Source: Spirochaetia bacterium
GTDB lineage: Bacteria > Spirochaetota > Spirochaetia > WTKD01 > G963693115
Direction: 5' to 3'
NCBI GenBank assembly: GCA_965226055.1
Contig: CBDDCA010000005.1
Span: forward strand, 1 to 64,000
Length of the DNA stretch: 64,000 nt
In this document: in pieces, positions 61,304 to 64,000 of the stretch
Numbering within the stretch: the stretch's first letter is position 1
Layout of the letters: each line of letters opens with the position of its first letter
Translations under genes and position numbers: made by a program
Notes under the pieces: generated by a model
Told to the model about the DNA's origin: nothing
Database searches by the model: none
The model's input: only the letters and a program-made list of their open reading frames with translations

Positions 61304-62146
61304 TTAACTTTTGTTATAATAAGCATCTATTTTAAGTAATTCCTCAAGAGGAATAGCAGATAAATCTGCTTCTAACTTAGAATTATTATCTTTGTTTTCT
61401 ATATACATTCTTTTTCGGATGGCTTCCATTCTATCCTGTATTATTTTTTGTTCTTCTAAGTTATTCTCTAGCATATAGAAATTGCTTAAGGTATACAGTA
61501 TATTTAGACCTCTAAAACACCAATATCGTTGCTCATGGTTTATAGCATATATTTTCAAGCATTCTTCAGTAGTCCATTGAAAAATAGCAATAAGTAAATG
61601 GTAATTTTTTTTAATTGTTCCTAATGATAGGTTATTTAGCTCATCGTTCTGTTGATACGCTTTTACATCCATAAACGATAGTGATACACGAGGAAATAAA
61701 TAGCATAAATCTCCCGTTACAATTAACCATCTCTTGTCCATAGCAAAATATGTCATAAGACATCGTAAGATAAAATATATTTTTGTGATAATACCGTGCA
61801 ACACTACTGGATCTGTCTGCCATATTTTAAAATTCTCTGCTATTTCTGATAAAGAAAGTATTTTTCCTTTATTTTTCTGTTTATCAAGTACAAATATAAA
61901 CAGAGTATGAAGACTATTTATAAGATTATCAATATATTTTAATGGAATATCTTCTTTATGAGAAAGATAATATAACGCTACTGCATTTGACACAGATGCT
62001 TCTTTCAAAAGCAGTTGAATATACCCAATAGCAACTGCTATATCAAAGCTATCTTTCATATTATTTTTTTCCATAAAAGATGCCACTTCTTCTTTTACAG
62101 AGTTTAATAATTTTTTTACATATATTTCTTTATCTTTTCTCATCAA
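61304..62146 (-). CDS. Hypothetical protein (predicted helical)
   Basis: 280-aa ORF co-oriented with neighbours; no recognised motif. Confidence 0.55.
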   Translation of the reverse strand: MMRKDKEIYVKKLLNSVKEEVASFMEKNNMKDSFDIAVAIGYIQLLLKEASVSNAVALYYLSHKEDIPLKYIDNLINSLHTLFIFVLDKQKNKGKILSLSEIAENFKIWQTDPVVLHGIITKIYFILRCLMTYFAMDKRWLIVTGDLCYLFPRVSLSFMDVKAYQQNDELNNLSLGTIKKNYHLLIAIFQWTTEECLKIYAINHEQRYWCFRGLNILYTLSNFYMLENNLEEQKIIQDRMEAIRKRMYIENKDNNSKLEADLSAIPLEELLKIDAYYNKS

Positions 62147-62232
62147 TAATGTATAAAATTAAGCATAATATGTAAGTATTGTACATACATGTATACTATA
62201 ATCAGTATAGTATATTAAAGAAAATACTATTA

Positions 62233-63999
62233 CTACTCCTTAAGAAGTAATTTTTCTGCTTGCTGTAAAGCAAGTTCATCATTATCATTTCCTACTAACA
62301 TTCTAGCTATTTCCCTTTTTCTTTGTACATTTTCTATGAGCTCTAAACGAACAATAGTAGTAGTATCACGTTCCATCTTTTGTACAAGAATATGATGCTG
62401 AGCACTAGCAGCTATAATAGGAAGATGAGTAACACAAATAATTTGATATTGTTGTGCTATATTTTTTAAGTACTGTGCAAGCGAGACTGCTGTTTTTCCT
62501 CCTAGTCCTGCATCAACTTCATCAAGAATAAGTGTCTTTTGAAATGTATCCTTTTCTGTATCTTCATTACCAGACAATACTACTCCTTGTTTGCCTACAA
62601 CAGTAATAGCAAACATAACTCGAGACAACTCACCACCTGAAGCAATTTTTGATAATGTATCGCTATTCATACCTTTATTAGTACGTATATAAAATTCAAT
62701 AGGTTCTATAAGAGATGGCTTATTATTCATAATAATATCAAAAAGTGCAGCATCATCAAGAGTATCTTTTTCTTTGCTATATGTTTCAAATAACGAAGAC
62801 TGTTTTGTACGAATTTCAAAATAAGCATGCGGCATAGCAAGAGAATGCAAAACATCATTTATTTTTTCTTGAAATTTTAGAATAGCAGAATCTCTTTTCT
62901 CACAAATAATAGAACTTATATTAAAAAGCTCTTTAAATAATGCAATTATTTGCTTAGGAAGTAATTCTTTATCTTGCTCCATTGTCTGAATTTCATGTAT
63001 ACGTGTCTGTGATGTTTCATAAAAATTTCGTATTGCTCCTATCGATGCACCATACTTCTTTTTTAAGCCTTCAATAAGAGAAAGTCGGGCTTCAATATCA
63101 AAAATATTACTTTGTTCACTATCATTTACTCTATCAAGCTGAAATTGTAAAGACGCGATAACATCCTTACTTTCAAAAAGTATTGATTCTAGCTGCTGTT
63201 GTTGTGGCTGTACATCCTTTTGATATGCACTAATAGTTTCTAGTACCATCTTTGATTTTTCTAATAAAGGAATAGCTCCTACTGTCTCTGCTTCCATATA
63301 CTGAAAAAATTCATTCCACAATGATTTCATTTCTTCAATATTTGAGAGAGCATAAATTTTTTGCATCAATTCTTCATCTTCATTCTCTAGTAATGCAGCA
63401 TCATCAATTTCTTTGGTAGCATATTGAAGATAGTCCAATTCCCTCGCAAGAGACTCTTTGTTAGTATTTTGCTTTAGATTTTTTCTTACTAATGAAGTAA
63501 GTTGTGTTAATAATACTCGATATTGTTCAAATAACTGTTCTATGGCAGCAAACTCATATATGATACCTGTTTGTTTTGCAACTTTAAAGAGCGATTGATG
63601 TTCATGTTGTGCATGTATCTCACAAATTAAGCTAAAAAACTGCGAAAGCTCTTGTAAAGATACTATAGTACCCTGAATAAAGCACTGTGTACGCCCTTTG
63701 CGTTTTACAATACGACGTACATTTACAGTATCATCTTCCAATGAAAAAGCATGATCTTCTAGCCATTTCTGTGCTTGTATATTTTTGCTTATGTTCCATT
63801 CTGTAACAATGAGTGTTGCGTCTGCTCCTTGTCGAACAATAGATTCATCGCCTTTTGATCCAGATAACAATAATAACGAAGAAAGAAGCATAGATTTTCC
63901 TGCTCCTGTTTCACCACTAAACACAGTGAACCCTCGTTCAAAATCAAGAGAAGCTTCTTCTACAAGTCCTAAATTTTTTATATGAAGATACTGTAACAT
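62233..63999 (-). CDS. recN: DNA repair protein RecN
   Basis: FSGETGAGKS, EIHAQHEHQSL, coiled coil, ASGGELSR, LILDEVDAG, CVTHLP, EIARML. Confidence 0.96.
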   Translation of the reverse strand: MLQYLHIKNLGLVEEASLDFERGFTVFSGETGAGKSMLLSSLLLLSGSKGDESIVRQGADATLIVTEWNISKNIQAQKWLEDHAFSLEDDTVNVRRIVKRKGRTQCFIQGTIVSLQELSQFFSLICEIHAQHEHQSLFKVAKQTGIIYEFAAIEQLFEQYRVLLTQLTSLVRKNLKQNTNKESLARELDYLQYATKEIDDAALLENEDEELMQKIYALSNIEEMKSLWNEFFQYMEAETVGAIPLLEKSKMVLETISAYQKDVQPQQQQLESILFESKDVIASLQFQLDRVNDSEQSNIFDIEARLSLIEGLKKKYGASIGAIRNFYETSQTRIHEIQTMEQDKELLPKQIIALFKELFNISSIICEKRDSAILKFQEKINDVLHSLAMPHAYFEIRTKQSSLFETYSKEKDTLDDAALFDIIMNNKPSLIEPIEFYIRTNKGMNSDTLSKIASGGELSRVMFAITVVGKQGVVLSGNEDTEKDTFQKTLILDEVDAGLGGKTAVSLAQYLKNIAQQYQIICVTHLPIIAASAQHHILVQKMERDTTTIVRLELIENVQRKREIARMLVGNDNDELALQQAEKLLLKE

Positions 64000-64000
64000 T

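Overview
AT-rich (roughly 30-35% GC by eye) bacterial chromosome segment, most likely a spirochete. This is inferred from gene blocks typical of Borrelia/Treponema: tRNA-Gln-rplY-pth-tilS-ftsH, ybeY-tlyC-TPR, an LptD-like gene near uvrA, and a CPA2 antiporter fused to a PTS EIIA domain. Housekeeping genes include lepA, ftsH, tilS, pth, rplY, ybeY, phoH, uvrA, recN, an HtrA-like protease and a PpiD-like chaperone. Accessory modules are: a divergent L-ascorbate (ula) PTS/catabolism locus with an EIIA-HPr-EI triple fusion in place of UlaC; two DNA methyltransferases, one followed by a truncated zinc-finger endonuclease stub next to tRNA-Gln; a seven-gene pyr operon on the opposite strand between uvrA and the LptD-like gene; an uncharacterised cupin-TRAP-aldolase-hydrolase operon; and a 2291-aa lipoprotein with 16 tandem FN3-like repeats and a DUF285-type tip. 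Signals the ORF track misses: a G14 tract that puts a probable lipoprotein gene out of frame (phase-variation candidate); a 5x15-bp repeat behind an A_AAA_AAG slippery site at the end of the PTS fusion; four tandem TATAAT boxes before ftsH; a GC-rich two-hairpin element resembling a decayed type I toxin-antitoxin locus; and a 214-bp IS1016-like remnant filling most of the upstream region of the giant lipoprotein gene. No CRISPR array, rRNA, integrase or prophage was seen. All family assignments come from motif recognition, not database searches.
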